Positions 9,492 through 20,299 of a DNA stretch of 64,000 nucleotides are shown here, in pieces. The first letter of the stretch is position 1. Every line of letters starts with the position of its first letter. The stretch is taken from contig OZ244621.1 of the NCBI GenBank assembly GCA_965218425.1, forward strand, positions 3,168,001 to 3,232,000, given 5' to 3'. The position numbers and the translations under genes are program-made. The notes beneath the pieces are model-generated. The model was not told where the DNA came from, made no database searches, and saw nothing but the letters and a program-made list of their open reading frames with translations. This DNA comes from an uncultured Candidatus Binatia bacterium (GTDB lineage: Bacteria > Desulfobacterota > Binatia > UBA9968 > CAXXLF01).

Positions 9492-10586
9492 ATGAAAAAT
9501 TATCAACCCCAGGAAGTCATCGTCGAGGCTAGTGTAGGACACGGGTCTATATACAAAAACTTGAAGCATAACCTGCCGGATATTCCCTTTACCTTCGTGG
9601 AGGATCCGCAGACTTACCTGTCCCAACTACAATCCTCAGGGGATCCCGTGGGAACGGGCAAAAAGCGGCTGCTGTTGACCCGCCACAGGGGTGATTTCCT
9701 CAAGAAGTGTCCCGGCACCGAGGGTGCGGTATGTTGCAATTATTTTGTGGTTAACTTCGCCAGTAATTGTCCCATGGATTGTAGTTACTGTTATCTTCAG
9801 GATTACCTGGCGCACAATTCTGCTCTCAAGGTATTTGGCAATGTGGAGGATTTGTTGGGAGAGGCCCGTGAGCTTTTTAGCCGCCAACGAGGTTTCTTCT
9901 TCCGCGTGGGTACCGGTGAAATTACCGATAGCCTTGCCCTAGACCCTTATATTGGATTTTCTGAACAGATCGTGCCCTTTTTCGCGGAGCAACCCAACGC
10001 CTTTCTGGAACTCAAGACAAAGAGCAACTGTGTGGAGAACTTGCTGCATTTGGATCCCAAAGAGAGAGTGGTGGTTTCGTGGTCCATGAACCCTCAAAGA
10101 ATCATTCAACAGGAAGAACATCTTACGGCGTCCTTTGAGGAGAGACTGGCGGCTGCCTGTGATTGCCAACAGGCCGGGTATAAGTTGGGGTTCCACCTGG
10201 ATCCCATCATTGAATACACCGGTTGGGAGGAAGACTATCGAGAGATGGTGGAAAGGATTTTTACGGTTCTGGACTATCGGAGAATCGCCTGGGTGAGTAT
10301 GGGTGTCCTGCGTAACACTCCTAATCTGAAACGGATCATGCGCCAGAGGTTCCCCTCCACCCGGCTCCTGTCCGGAGAACAGGTCCTGTGTCCTGATGGT
10401 AAGATGCGTTATTTTCACCCCTTACGGGTTAACATCTATCGCAAGATGCTCCAGTGGATTCGGAATGTTTCGCCCACTGTGTTTGTTTATCTCTGCATGG
10501 AGTCGAGGGAGGTGTGGGAACAGGTGTTTGGCTTTTCCCCAAGTTGTGAAAAAGAATTGGGAAATCAAATGATCCCACGTGAGTAG
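9492..10586 (+). CDS. Spore photoproduct lyase-like radical SAM protein
   Basis: CPMDCSYCYLQ radical SAM motif, GTGEITDSLA, LELKTKS, VVSWSMNP, GFHLDPII, GKMRYF and YLCMES. Confidence 0.88.
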   Translation: MKNYQPQEVIVEASVGHGSIYKNLKHNLPDIPFTFVEDPQTYLSQLQSSGDPVGTGKKRLLLTRHRGDFLKKCPGTEGAVCCNYFVVNFASNCPMDCSYCYLQDYLAHNSALKVFGNVEDLLGEARELFSRQRGFFFRVGTGEITDSLALDPYIGFSEQIVPFFAEQPNAFLELKTKSNCVENLLHLDPKERVVVSWSMNPQRIIQQEEHLTASFEERLAAACDCQQAGYKLGFHLDPIIEYTGWEEDYREMVERIFTVLDYRRIAWVSMGVLRNTPNLKRIMRQRFPSTRLLSGEQVLCPDGKMRYFHPLRVNIYRKMLQWIRNVSPTVFVYLCMESREVWEQVFGFSPSCEKELGNQMIPRE

Positions 10587-10587
10587 C

Positions 10588-10850
10588 GTTAATGGTTATT
10601 CGTTGAATCGTGTTATATATGAGTTCGTTAGTCGGTATTCCAACGGTTCTGGCCACAGCTCAATCTGAACGTTCCCGTACCCGTGCTCCACAGAACTCGC
10701 CCCTCGGACGCCTTTTATGGCCTCTTAATTATGAACTCATTAATCTATTGAGACCAGGTGACAATGTGCGTGATACGGGCAAGGCAACGGTTAACGGAAA
10801 TGTGAGTGGCGAATTTTGAATAACAAATAATGACTATACGAATCACGAGT
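10588..10850. repeat. Short-period imperfect inverted-repeat cassette (empty) between the SPL gene and secA
   Basis: Left arm CGTTAATGGTTATTCGTTGAATCGTG; right arm GAATAACAAATAATGACTATACGAATCACG. Same unit family as 14368-14949. Confidence 0.6.
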
Positions 10851-10896
10851 TGAAGGCTTGTAGTAAACACGCGGAAACGGTATTTTAAATTGAGTT

Positions 10897-13800
10897 ATGA
10901 TTGGTTTGATTAGAAAGATCGTCGGGACGAAGAACGACCGGGAATTGAAACGAATTCATCCCCGGGTGGAGCGGATCCGTAGCCTGGAGCCCTCCTTCGA
11001 AAAATTGACCAACGCCGAGCTCACGGCCAAGACCGACGAATTTAAACGGCGGCTGGGTGATGGGGCCGCTCTGGATGACCTTCTCCCTGAGGCCTTCGCG
11101 GCGGTGCGCGAGTCCTCCCGACGAACCATCGGTTTACGACACTTCGACGTCCAGATGATTGGTGGTGTGGTGCTCCATGAGGGGAAAATCGCTGAGATGA
11201 AAACCGGCGAGGGTAAAACTCTGATGGCGACACTGCCTTTTTACTTGAATGCCCTGGAAGGGAAAGGGGTTCACCTCATCACCGTCAACGACTACTTGGC
11301 TCGTCGGGATGTGCAGTGGATGGGGCCCGTTTACCATCTCCTGGGGCTTTCCGTGGCCTCCATCGTTCATGACTCAAGTTACGTCTTCGACCCCACCTAT
11401 CTGACCAAGGATTACCGCTATCTGAACCTTCGCCCCGTCTCGCGCAAGGAGGCCTACCTCGCCGATGTTACCTACGGAACCAATAACGAGTTCGGCTTCG
11501 ACTATCTGCGGGACAACATGAAATTTTCCTTGGACGAGTACGTGCAGCGAGACCTGAACTTTGCCGTGGTGGACGAGGTGGATAATATCTTGGTGGACGA
11601 GGCGAGGACTCCCCTGATTATTTCAGGTCCTGCGGAGGAATCCACGGATAAGTACTACACCATCGATCGGATTATACCCAAGCTCCAGCGAGGGGCTGTC
11701 ATTCAAGGGGACCCATCCCAAGAGAACCGTGCCGCCATTGAAGCCCAGGGGGACTATACCGTTGATGAGAAGAGCCGCACTTCCACGTTGACGGAGACGG
11801 GTATGGCGAAGGTGGAACGCCTCCTGGGTATCCATAACCTCTACGACCCTAGGCACATCGATACGCTTCACCACGTCAATCAGGCGCTGAAAGCTCACAG
11901 TCTTTTTAAGCGCGATGTGGATTACGTTGTCAAAGAGAGTGAAGTGATCATCGTGGACGAGTTTACCGGGAGGCTCATGCCGGGACGACGGTGGTCGGAC
12001 GGGCTCCACCAGGCAGTTGAGGCCAAGGAAAGGGTACGCATTCGCGAAGAGAACCAGACCCTGGCCACTATTACGATTCAAAACTACTTTCGCATGTACA
12101 AGAAGCTGGCCGGGATGACCGGCACCGCGGACACGGAAGCCCCGGAGTTCAAGAAAATATACAAGCTGGACGTCACAGTGGTTCCTACCCATAGGAACAT
12201 GGTTCGAACGGATTACGCGGACGTGGTCTATCGGACCGACAAGGAAAAGTTCGAGGCCGTGGTTGAAGAGATCGCGGATTGCCACGGGAGAGGGCAACCG
12301 GTTCTCGTGGGCACAGTATCGGTGGAGAAGTCGGAGCTATTGTCACGGATGCTCAAGAAAAATGACGTTAAGCATAACGTGCTCAACGCCGTGAATCACG
12401 AAGCCGAGGCATCCATCATTGCGCAGGCCGGCAGATTTGGCACCGTCACCATTGCAACGAATATGGCGGGACGGGGTACGGATATTTTATTGGGCGGCAA
12501 TCCGGAATTTTTGGCCCGCACTGATATGGAAAATGAGTGGATGAGCCGCGCGGCGAAACTCCCCTTTGAGGGCACCAAGCGCTATGAGGACGCCTTGAGG
12601 GAACTCAGAGAAAAATATGAAGAGGACGTGCGGCGGGCCGAGAAACGTTACCGGGAGGAAGGGGAGACTTTCGAGCGCCAAAGAAGCGAGGCTCTAAAGG
12701 CGTCCACCGACATCCATCGCCGTATTCAAGGGCTTTCTCCGTTCCGGGAGTTTCGACGTGAGTATGAAGAGGTTTCCACCACCGAATTGATCGATGCCCT
12801 GCATTCCCAGCGACACCTTCCCGATCGCTACCTGGAAGTAAAGACCAACTTGGAGAGTTCGATTTTGGAGTCCGCAGGCACGGAGAACTCCAGCGTCCGG
12901 CAGGGCTTTGAAGAGGCCCGTGGGGATTTGAGCAAATATTTGGACCAGTGGCAGGACTCCGATGGCGGCAGGCACAACCTGATGGAAGTTGTGGATGAGA
13001 AGAGACGCGCCTACGAAGAGCTGCTGGATGAGTATGAGTTCGCGGTGGCAAAGGCCGTTCTATCAAAGGGTGAGCACGCGGGGATGGTGAAAGAGTACGA
13101 GGAGGCGCGTCAGGCATTTGACCAAGCAGAGATTCACTGCGAAGAGGTGCGGGGTCCTTACGAGGAAGCCGTTCGACGGGCTCAGGAGAACTACGAGTCC
13201 AAGCGGCAAGAGTATGCGCAGGCAGTGGAAAAGATTCGTGAGGACTTGGAAAAGGCTCCTGATACCTACCGCCAGCGCTACGGGGAAATCCTGGAAAGTT
13301 ATACTAAGGTCTGTGCAGAAGAAAGGGAACAGGTTATCAAGGCTGGGGGGGTCCATATCATAGGGACGGAGCGGCATGAAAGCAGGCGGATTGACAATCA
13401 GCTCCGTGGTCGTGCCGGCCGTCAGGGAGATCCGGGTTCCTCCCGATTCTTCCTGTCTTTGGAAGATGATCTCATGCGCATCTTTGGGGCGGAACGGATC
13501 CAGAAGATCATGACCCGTTTGGGGATGGAAGAGGGGGTTCCCATCGAACATGGATTGGTCACCCGGGCCATCGAGAACGCTCAGAAAAAGGTTGAGGCCC
13601 ACAACTTCGATATCAGGAAGCATCTCTTAGAGTACGATGACGTCATGAACAAGCAGCGTGAGGTCATCTATACGCAGAGAAAAGAAGTCCTCAGGGGGGA
13701 GAATCTGAAGGAAGAAATTCTGGCCATGGCCGACGGCCTGGCTCAGGAAACTTGCAATCGTTACGCTGATTCTCAGCTCCCTGCCGCTGAATGGGACTTC

Positions 13801-14367
13801 AAAGGGCTTTCCGAATCTCTGTTTCACCAGTTCAACTTCCGGTTTCAGCTAAATCCCGACGAGCTGGAGAATCTGACGCCTGAGGACCTCGAGGAAAAGG
13901 CTTTGGATCAGGTTAACAAGTGCTACGAAGCGAAAGAGCGGAACATAAGTCCAGATCTGCTTCGACAACTGGAAAAGATTATCATGCTCCAGACCATCGA
14001 TAGCCTCTGGAAAGATCACCTCCTGGCCATGGACCATTTGAAGGAGGGAATCGGACTGAGGGGCTACGGACAGAAGAATCCGTTGCAGGAGTATCAGAAA
14101 GAAGCGTTTGGGATGTTTGAGGAAATGGTGCAAACCATCCAGCAGGATATGGTTCAGAAACTCTATACCATCGAAGTGGCTCATGAGGAGGCCTTGGAGG
14201 AGATGGAGGCCCAGCGCCGTCCAAAGCGGATGGTATTGAGTCACGGCGATGGAGAAGAAGGGCCGGCCCGGGTGGCAACCGTCAAGCGCGAAGGGGGCAA
14301 GGTGGGTCGAAATGATCCCTGTCCTTGCGGTAGCGGGAAAAAATATAAAAGATGCCACGGCCGGTAA
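10897..14367 (+). CDS. secA: Preprotein translocase subunit SecA with a large helical insertion
   Basis: [59 protein letters not shown] and C-terminal [18 protein letters not shown]. Confidence 0.98.
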   Translation: MIGLIRKIVGTKNDRELKRIHPRVERIRSLEPSFEKLTNAELTAKTDEFKRRLGDGAALDDLLPEAFAAVRESSRRTIGLRHFDVQMIGGVVLHEGKIAEMKTGEGKTLMATLPFYLNALEGKGVHLITVNDYLARRDVQWMGPVYHLLGLSVASIVHDSSYVFDPTYLTKDYRYLNLRPVSRKEAYLADVTYGTNNEFGFDYLRDNMKFSLDEYVQRDLNFAVVDEVDNILVDEARTPLIISGPAEESTDKYYTIDRIIPKLQRGAVIQGDPSQENRAAIEAQGDYTVDEKSRTSTLTETGMAKVERLLGIHNLYDPRHIDTLHHVNQALKAHSLFKRDVDYVVKESEVIIVDEFTGRLMPGRRWSDGLHQAVEAKERVRIREENQTLATITIQNYFRMYKKLAGMTGTADTEAPEFKKIYKLDVTVVPTHRNMVRTDYADVVYRTDKEKFEAVVEEIADCHGRGQPVLVGTVSVEKSELLSRMLKKNDVKHNVLNAVNHEAEASIIAQAGRFGTVTIATNMAGRGTDILLGGNPEFLARTDMENEWMSRAAKLPFEGTKRYEDALRELREKYEEDVRRAEKRYREEGETFERQRSEALKASTDIHRRIQGLSPFREFRREYEEVSTTELIDALHSQRHLPDRYLEVKTNLESSILESAGTENSSVRQGFEEARGDLSKYLDQWQDSDGGRHNLMEVVDEKRRAYEELLDEYEFAVAKAVLSKGEHAGMVKEYEEARQAFDQAEIHCEEVRGPYEEAVRRAQENYESKRQEYAQAVEKIREDLEKAPDTYRQRYGEILESYTKVCAEEREQVIKAGGVHIIGTERHESRRIDNQLRGRAGRQGDPGSSRFFLSLEDDLMRIFGAERIQKIMTRLGMEEGVPIEHGLVTRAIENAQKKVEAHNFDIRKHLLEYDDVMNKQREVIYTQRKEVLRGENLKEEILAMADGLAQETCNRYADSQLPAAEWDFKGLSESLFHQFNFRFQLNPDELENLTPEDLEEKALDQVNKCYEAKERNISPDLLRQLEKIIMLQTIDSLWKDHLLAMDHLKEGIGLRGYGQKNPLQEYQKEAFGMFEEMVQTIQQDMVQKLYTIEVAHEEALEEMEAQRRPKRMVLSHGDGEEGPARVATVKREGGKVGRNDPCPCGSGKKYKRCHGR

Positions 14368-14949
14368 TTTCGTTAACCGTTATTGGTTGTTCGTGAATCG
14401 GAGTTGAAACGAAAGCAATTAAGCGAGAAGCGATTGCTTAAATAGACAAATGAGCGAATAAACGAAAAAGTGAATGGACGAGTCAAGCGGGCCACGCGGT
14501 ATAGCAGCGTTTGAAGATTTGGATGTTTGGAAATTTTCGGTTGAGATACGACAGGACATTTCCCGTCTCATTAAATCCTTTCCCAGTGAGGAGAAATCCT
14601 ACCTTGCCGATCAGATGATCCGTGCGTCCCGTTCAGTGACCGCCAATATCGCTGAAAGTTTTGGTGGATTTCACGTTCAAGAAAGCGTTCGGTTTTGTCG
14701 CCAGGCAAGAGGGTCCCGTTGCGAGTTGATCGATCCTCTGCATGTCGCGATGGAGGAGGGCTATTTATCAAAGGATAAATTTGAAAAGCTGGGGGCGGAT
14801 GTGTTAAGGGCCGCAAAAATCTTGAAGGGCTTTATCAGATACCTGTCCAACAATAAGCAAAAGCAACTTGACGAGTAACTATTGCTCGAACTATAGATTC
14901 AACAATTAGAGGAATGCCCGAATAACGAATTACGAATATACGAGTAACC
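14368..14949. repeat. Short-period repeat arms flanking the four-helix-bundle gene
   Basis: Left arm TTCGTTAACCGTTATTGGTTGTTCGTGAATCG; right arm GAATAAC-GAATTAC-GAATATAC-GAGTAAC just before argJ. Confidence 0.7.
14474..14878 (+). CDS. Four helix bundle protein (23S rRNA-IVP / TIGR02436-like)
   Basis: FEDLDVW, FPSEEK, DQMIRASRSVTANIAE and ARGS..E...EGYL. Confidence 0.9.
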   Translation: MDESSGPRGIAAFEDLDVWKFSVEIRQDISRLIKSFPSEEKSYLADQMIRASRSVTANIAESFGGFHVQESVRFCRQARGSRCELIDPLHVAMEEGYLSKDKFEKLGADVLRAAKILKGFIRYLSNNKQKQLDE

Positions 14950-16134
14950 ATGATCATTAAAGTTCCCGGGTTTCGCTTCGCAGGCGTGAAATGCGGTATC
15001 AAAAAAAGCAAGAAACGAGACTTGGCGCTCATTTGTTCTGAGCGTCCCGCCACTGCCGCTGCAATCTTTACCACCAATAGAATCAAAGCCGCTGCGGTCC
15101 TAACCGGCATGAAGAAGATCAGGTCGGGTAAGATCCAAGCTGTGGTCATCAATAGCGGCAATGCCAACGCTTGCACCGGGACCAGGGGCAACCGGGACGC
15201 CGAAGAAGTCTGTGGGCTGGTTGCCGCTCGCCTATCCATCCCGTCGGGACTCGTCTTTCCGTCATCCACCGGTATGGTTGGTGTCCCCCTTCCCATGGGA
15301 AAGGTGAGAAAGGGGGTTTACCAGGCAGCGACTCAGCTCTCGCCGGAGTCCTTTTCTCAAGCCGCCGAGGCCATCCTCACCACGGATCGTTTCGCCAAGA
15401 CGTCCGTTGGGAGCTGCCGTTTGCGGGGAAAAAGGGTGGTTGTGGCCGGCATGGCAAAAGGTGCAGGGATGATTGCCCCAAACATGGCCACCATGCTGGC
15501 CTATGTCTTCACCAACGCTGCGGTGGAACTGTCTTCTCTTAAGGGTATGTTGGCGCGCGTAGCGGGCGGGACCTTTAATTCTGTCACCGTGGACGGGGAT
15601 ATGAGCACCAATGATACGGTTCTCTTTCTCGCAAACGGATTTGCCCAGAACCGTCCCGTCAAAAAAGGAAGCCAGGACGAAAAGACTCTGGAACGGGTGG
15701 TTTTTAAGGTCATGAAGGATCTGGCGCTGAAATTGGTGCAGGATGCGGAGGGAGGTACCAAGGTGGCTGAGGTCCGAGTGGAAGGGGCCCGTTCCGCGGA
15801 GGAGGCCAAGCAAGTCGCCTTTTCAGTGGCCAATTCCAATCTCGTAAAGACTGCGTTCTTTGGCGAGGATCCAAACCTCGGCCGGATCATGGTTGCGATC
15901 GGATACGCGGGCGTGCCCATCCGTCCCGAAAGGATCAGTGTGTCCCTAGGGGGAATCCGGGTGGTGCAGAGAGGAGTGGTTGCAACCGCTTCTGAGCGGA
16001 AGGCGGCCCCTGTCATGCGCCGACCTTCATTTAAAGTGAAGATCAATCTCGGGCAGGGGAAAAAATCGGCTTCGGTATGGACCTCTGATTTGAGTTACCA
16101 ATATGTGCGAATCAACTCGGCTTATCGGACCTAA
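14950..16134 (+). CDS. argJ: Bifunctional glutamate N-acetyltransferase / amino-acid acetyltransferase
   Basis: NSGNANACTG, TTDRFAK, KGAGMIAPNMATML, VDGDMSTND and YVRINSAYRT. Confidence 0.97.
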   Translation: MIIKVPGFRFAGVKCGIKKSKKRDLALICSERPATAAAIFTTNRIKAAAVLTGMKKIRSGKIQAVVINSGNANACTGTRGNRDAEEVCGLVAARLSIPSGLVFPSSTGMVGVPLPMGKVRKGVYQAATQLSPESFSQAAEAILTTDRFAKTSVGSCRLRGKRVVVAGMAKGAGMIAPNMATMLAYVFTNAAVELSSLKGMLARVAGGTFNSVTVDGDMSTNDTVLFLANGFAQNRPVKKGSQDEKTLERVVFKVMKDLALKLVQDAEGGTKVAEVRVEGARSAEEAKQVAFSVANSNLVKTAFFGEDPNLGRIMVAIGYAGVPIRPERISVSLGGIRVVQRGVVATASERKAAPVMRRPSFKVKINLGQGKKSASVWTSDLSYQYVRINSAYRT

Positions 16135-16137
16135 TAT

Positions 16138-16232
16138 AGCCGTCAACGGTAAGCTATCAGCGATCGGCTAGAGTTAGTAATCCGGAGCGGCGGTTATAAT
16201 CGGCTGTATGGATTTTGCTGAAAGCTGAATGC
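16138..16232. repeat. GCTATCA/GCTGAAA heptamer inverted cassette between convergent argJ and gatB
   Basis: Left arm ...AAGCTATCAGCGATCGGCT; right arm GCTGAAAGCTGAATGCT. Confidence 0.6.
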
Positions 16233-16233
16233 T

Positions 16234-17676
16234 TTAGGATTGGATTTTCTTTCGCAGGATTTCATTGACCATTTGCGGGTTTGCCTTGCCCTTGGTGGCT
16301 TTCATCACCTGACCCACCAAAAAGCCAAACACCTTATCCTTGCCCGCCCGGTAATCAGCCACCTGTTGCGAGTGGGCCGCCAGCACTTGATCCACGTCTT
16401 TTTCGATGCTCCCCAGGTCGGATACCTGCTCGAGACCTTTTTCTTTGACCAACTTTTCGGGAGATACCTGCTTGTCCAACATCTCGTCAAAAAGAGTTTT
16501 GGCGATCTTGCCGCTGATCTTGCCCTGATCAATCATACGGACCATCTCTCCCACATGCTCGGCGCGCACCGGCCACGAGGCAATCCGGAGATTCTCGTCG
16601 AGCTTTCGTTCCTTGATGACGCGAAAGAGATCACCAACGATCCAGTGGCCGATTGCCTTGGGGTTGGCATGGACCCTTGCCGCAGCCTCATAATAGTCGG
16701 CGATGTCCTTGCGGCTGGTAAGAAGTTCCGCATCATAGGTGGGGAGACCGTATTCGGCCATGAACCGATGCTTGCGTACATTCGGAAGCTCGGGCATGTT
16801 GCTTCTAATCTCCTGAATCCAGGACTCGTCGATGACCAGAGGAAGTAAGTCTGGATCCGGGAAGTAGCGGTAGTCGTGAGCGTGTTCCTTGGAGCGCATG
16901 GAGCGGGTCGCCCCACGGTCTTCGTCCCAAAGACGGGTTTCCTGAACCACTCGTCCCCCTTCGGATAGCACTTGCTCCTGTCGTTGGATCTCATACTCCA
17001 GGGCTTTTTCTACGGCCTTGAAGGAGTTCATGTTTTTCACTTCTGCTTTGGTGCCAAGCTTCTTGCTCCCTTTCGGCCGGATGGACACGTTGGCATCGCA
17101 ACGAAAGCTTCCCTCCTCCATATTCCCATCACATACCTCGAGGTATTGCAGGGTTGCCCTCAGGCTCCGTAGGTATTGTCCCGCTTCCTCGGCGCTGGTC
17201 ATGTCCGGTTCGCTAACGATTTCCATGAGGGGTACTCCCGCCCGATTGAGATCCACCAGGCTGTGGTCACTCTTCGGGTCGTGAATATTCTTTCCAGCGT
17301 CCTCTTCCATGTGGATCCGTGTCAGTCGAACCCTTTTTTCTCCGCCGTTCATCTTGAGGTCGATGTAGCCGTTAATGCAAAGGGGCAGCTCGTACTGGCT
17401 GATTTGGTAGCCTTTGGGAAGGTCGGGATAGAAGTAATTTTTTCTAGCCCACCGGCTGGAGCGAGCGATTTCGCAGTGGGTGGCAATCCCCGCCCGGATC
17501 GCAAACTCAACAACCTTTTTGTTTAGAACCGGCAGGACCCCGGGAAATCCCATGCATACGGGGCAGGTATTCTGATTAGGCTTGTCCCCGAAACGGGCGG
17601 AGCAGCCGCAGAAGATCTTGGACTCCGTTAACATCTGGGCGTGGACTTCGAGTCCAATCCTAGGTTCGTAGTTCAC
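16234..17676 (-). CDS. gatB: Asp/Glu-tRNA amidotransferase subunit B
   Basis: IGLEVHAQ, RKNYFYPDLPKGYQISQ, MEEDAGK, DYRYFPDPDL and GFLVGQVMK. Confidence 0.98.
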   Translation of the reverse strand: MNYEPRIGLEVHAQMLTESKIFCGCSARFGDKPNQNTCPVCMGFPGVLPVLNKKVVEFAIRAGIATHCEIARSSRWARKNYFYPDLPKGYQISQYELPLCINGYIDLKMNGGEKRVRLTRIHMEEDAGKNIHDPKSDHSLVDLNRAGVPLMEIVSEPDMTSAEEAGQYLRSLRATLQYLEVCDGNMEEGSFRCDANVSIRPKGSKKLGTKAEVKNMNSFKAVEKALEYEIQRQEQVLSEGGRVVQETRLWDEDRGATRSMRSKEHAHDYRYFPDPDLLPLVIDESWIQEIRSNMPELPNVRKHRFMAEYGLPTYDAELLTSRKDIADYYEAAARVHANPKAIGHWIVGDLFRVIKERKLDENLRIASWPVRAEHVGEMVRMIDQGKISGKIAKTLFDEMLDKQVSPEKLVKEKGLEQVSDLGSIEKDVDQVLAAHSQQVADYRAGKDKVFGFLVGQVMKATKGKANPQMVNEILRKKIQS

Positions 17677-17680
17677 GGTG

Positions 17681-18457
17681 TTATTTCTTTTCTGACGCCG
17701 ATAACCCGTCGATTGCCTGCTTGAACTGGGGATAGGGTTGAGCGCCTCTTAGCATTTTAACGGCCTTTACCTTTGAAGGGTCTGACTCGGTATATCCCAA
17801 TAAAAATGTCGGCGTGCCCCTAATCCCTGCGTTTACCGCCGCTGCGATGTCTTTACGGATTTCCTTCACGTACTTTCCTCTATCCAGACAACCCTCAAAT
17901 GCCGAAAGGTTTAGGCCAATAGATTTCGCGTAGGCGGAAAGGTCCTCTCGGCGCATTTTTCTCTGGTTGGCAAAGAGTTTATTATGCATTTCCCAGTATT
18001 TCCCCTGGTCTCCGGCACAGTTGGCCGCCTCATGGGCTTTAAAGGCCTGTTTGTGGATGGATTCCAGGGGGAGGTCGGCAAAGACGTATTTAAGCTTGCC
18101 TGTCTTAATGTAATCCCGTTCGATCTGGGGCAACGTCACACGGGCGTGCCGGGCGCAGTAGGGTCACTGATAATCGGAGAAGTCGATGAGGGTCAGCTTG
18201 GCGTTCAATTCTCCCTTATACGGATCATTGCCGACGTCGACAACCGTGGGTTGAAAGGCGCCGGAGGTTCGCCGCCCGCCCCTCATGGCCTTTTTGAGAG
18301 TCTCGAGTTCCCTCTGAAGATTCTCCTGGTTCTTTTTAATGCTTTCGAGCTCTTTTCTGATGGCTTCCAGGTCGGTCTGGGATTGAGTCACTGCGATCTG
18401 GGAACCGAAAAGGAGCAAACCCACTGCCAAAAACAAAGCCAGGCTGTTTTTAATCAT
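17681..18457 (-). CDS. DsbA/thioredoxin-fold oxidoreductase, probable selenoprotein (UPYC; in-frame TGA at 18166-18164)
   Basis: The two track ORFs (18164..18457 and 17681..18139) are in frame and join as LIDFSDYQ-TGA-PYCARH. A signal peptide and the cis-Pro GTPTF are present. Confidence 0.88.
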
Positions 18458-18510
18458 CTTAACTATAAAAATACCAGGTGGCGGCTAACCACGCAACGGA
18501 TGATTGGGGG

Positions 18511-19968
18511 TTAGAGAGACGGCTTTTTCTTGTGCCAGTCCGTGGCTTGCTCGTAGGCGTAGGCGACACGTAGTACTGTGGCCTCGTCCAGAGGTTTCCC
18601 GATGATTTGCAGTCCGATGGGGAGTCCTTTTGAGTCGAAACCGCAAGGCATGGAAAGGCCTGGAAGCCCTGCCAGGTTCAGCGAGTTGGTGAAGATATCC
18701 GATAGATACATCTGGAGCGGATCTTCGGTTTTCTCGCCAATTTTGAATGCAGTGGTTGGGGCGGTGGGGGCAACGATTACGTCACATGTTTTAAAGGCTT
18801 CGTCGAAGTCGTTCTTGATTAGCCGTCTAACTTTCTGCGCCTTCAGATAATAGGCGTCGTAGTAGCCGGCGGACAGGGAATAGGTTCCGAGCATGATCCG
18901 CCTCTTCACCTCTGGTCCGAAGCCGATTTCCCTGCTCTTAAAGTAGGTCTCGGTGAGGTTCTTTGCCTGCTGGCGAAAGCCGTATTTCATCCCATCGTAT
19001 CGCGCAAGGTTTGAGCTCGCTTCTGCTGTGGCAATGAGATAATAAACGGCTACAGCGTATTCTGTGTGGGGCAACGACACCTCCACCGTCTCAACACCGA
19101 TCTTCTCCATTACGCGGATAGCGTCCCTTACCGCCTTTTCAACCTCCGGCTGGGTTCCAGAGATGAAGTACTCCTTGGGGATCCCCACCTTTAATCCCTT
19201 CGCTTTCTTTTTTAGAGCCGACGAGTAGGACGGGACAGGGGAGTCCAGGGAGGTGGAGTCCGAAAGGTCGTAGCCCGCAATGGCCTCCAACATCAATGCG
19301 CAGTCGGTTACATCTTTGGTCAGAGGTCCCACTTGATCCAGAGACGAGGCAAAGGCGATAACGCCAAAGCGGCTCACCCGCCCATAGGTGGGCTTGAGCC
19401 CCACAATACCGCAGCAGGCCGCCGGCTGGCGGATGGACCCGCCGGTGTCGGTGCCCAGGGCCGCGATGCACTCGTCGGCTGCCACCGCAGCCGCCGATCC
19501 ACCGGAGGAGCCACCTGGCACGCAGTCCAGATTCCAAGGATTTCGTGTGATTGCGTAGGCCGAATTTTCGTTGGATGAGCCCATGGCGAACTCATCCATA
19601 TTGGTTTTCCCTAGAGTCACAGTCCCGGCCTCTTGCATTTTTCTAACCACAGTCCCGTCGTAAGGCGGAACAAAGTTACTCAGGATCTTCGACGCGCAGG
19701 TGGTGAGAACCCCTTTAGTCAGGAAGATGTCCTTGATGGCGACAGGGATGCCTAACAAGGGCGAATGGGAATCCTTGCGCCTCAGTTGCTTGTCGGCTTT
19801 CTTTGCCTCTTCCAGGGCCCTCTCCCCACAGAGGGTTATATAGGAATGGACTTTTTCGTCGACGCGGGCGATTCTTTCTAAGGTGGATTCCGTTAACTCC
19901 ACCGAAGAGACTTCTTTCTTCTTAAGCTTTTCTTGCAGTTCGTGGATGGTGAGGGAATGAAGATTCAT
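18511..19968 (-). CDS. gatA: Asp/Glu-tRNA amidotransferase subunit A
   Basis: [33 protein letters not shown] and SAGYYDAYY. Confidence 0.98.
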   Translation of the reverse strand: MNLHSLTIHELQEKLKKKEVSSVELTESTLERIARVDEKVHSYITLCGERALEEAKKADKQLRRKDSHSPLLGIPVAIKDIFLTKGVLTTCASKILSNFVPPYDGTVVRKMQEAGTVTLGKTNMDEFAMGSSNENSAYAITRNPWNLDCVPGGSSGGSAAAVAADECIAALGTDTGGSIRQPAACCGIVGLKPTYGRVSRFGVIAFASSLDQVGPLTKDVTDCALMLEAIAGYDLSDSTSLDSPVPSYSSALKKKAKGLKVGIPKEYFISGTQPEVEKAVRDAIRVMEKIGVETVEVSLPHTEYAVAVYYLIATAEASSNLARYDGMKYGFRQQAKNLTETYFKSREIGFGPEVKRRIMLGTYSLSAGYYDAYYLKAQKVRRLIKNDFDEAFKTCDVIVAPTAPTTAFKIGEKTEDPLQMYLSDIFTNSLNLAGLPGLSMPCGFDSKGLPIGLQIIGKPLDEATVLRVAYAYEQATDWHKKKPSL

Positions 19969-20252
19969 TCAATGATCTTGGGAACCTTGAAAAAGTTTTC
20001 TTCTCGCTCGGGAGCATTGGATAAAAGGGGATCGACGGCCGGTTTGTTGGTGACTCGATCGTCACGAAAGGCGTTGACGATATCTCCCACATGGGCGAGA
20101 GGCTCCACTTGATCCGTGTCCAACTGGTTTAACTTCTCGATGTAATGAAGGACATTATCCAGCTGCCGGGCCAACAGTCCTTCTTCTTCCTCTGTGAGTT
20201 CCATCCGCGCCAGGGTTGCCACATTCTTCACGTCTTCCCGTGTGAGACTCAT
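19965..20252 (-). CDS. gatC: Asp/Glu-tRNA amidotransferase subunit C
   Basis: [28 protein letters not shown]; overlaps the gatA start. Confidence 0.95.
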   Translation of the reverse strand: MSLTREDVKNVATLARMELTEEEEGLLARQLDNVLHYIEKLNQLDTDQVEPLAHVGDIVNAFRDDRVTNKPAVDPLLSNAPEREENFFKVPKIIE

Positions 20253-20299
20253 ATGATTTTTATTAACATAGCCCAGGAACGAAGTGCAAATTAGCAAAT

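Noticed and set aside
12500..13325. Intein in SecA
   Set aside because: No N-terminal C/S block, no terminal HN and no LAGLIDADG motifs; the composition is coiled-coil-like.
14474..14878. Diversity-generating retroelement (Avd) or 23S rRNA intervening sequence
   Set aside because: No reverse transcriptase, no TR/VR pair and no rRNA gene in the window.
17984..18514. 176-aa plus-strand ORF
   Set aside because: Antisense to the DsbA-like gene with no recognisable motifs.
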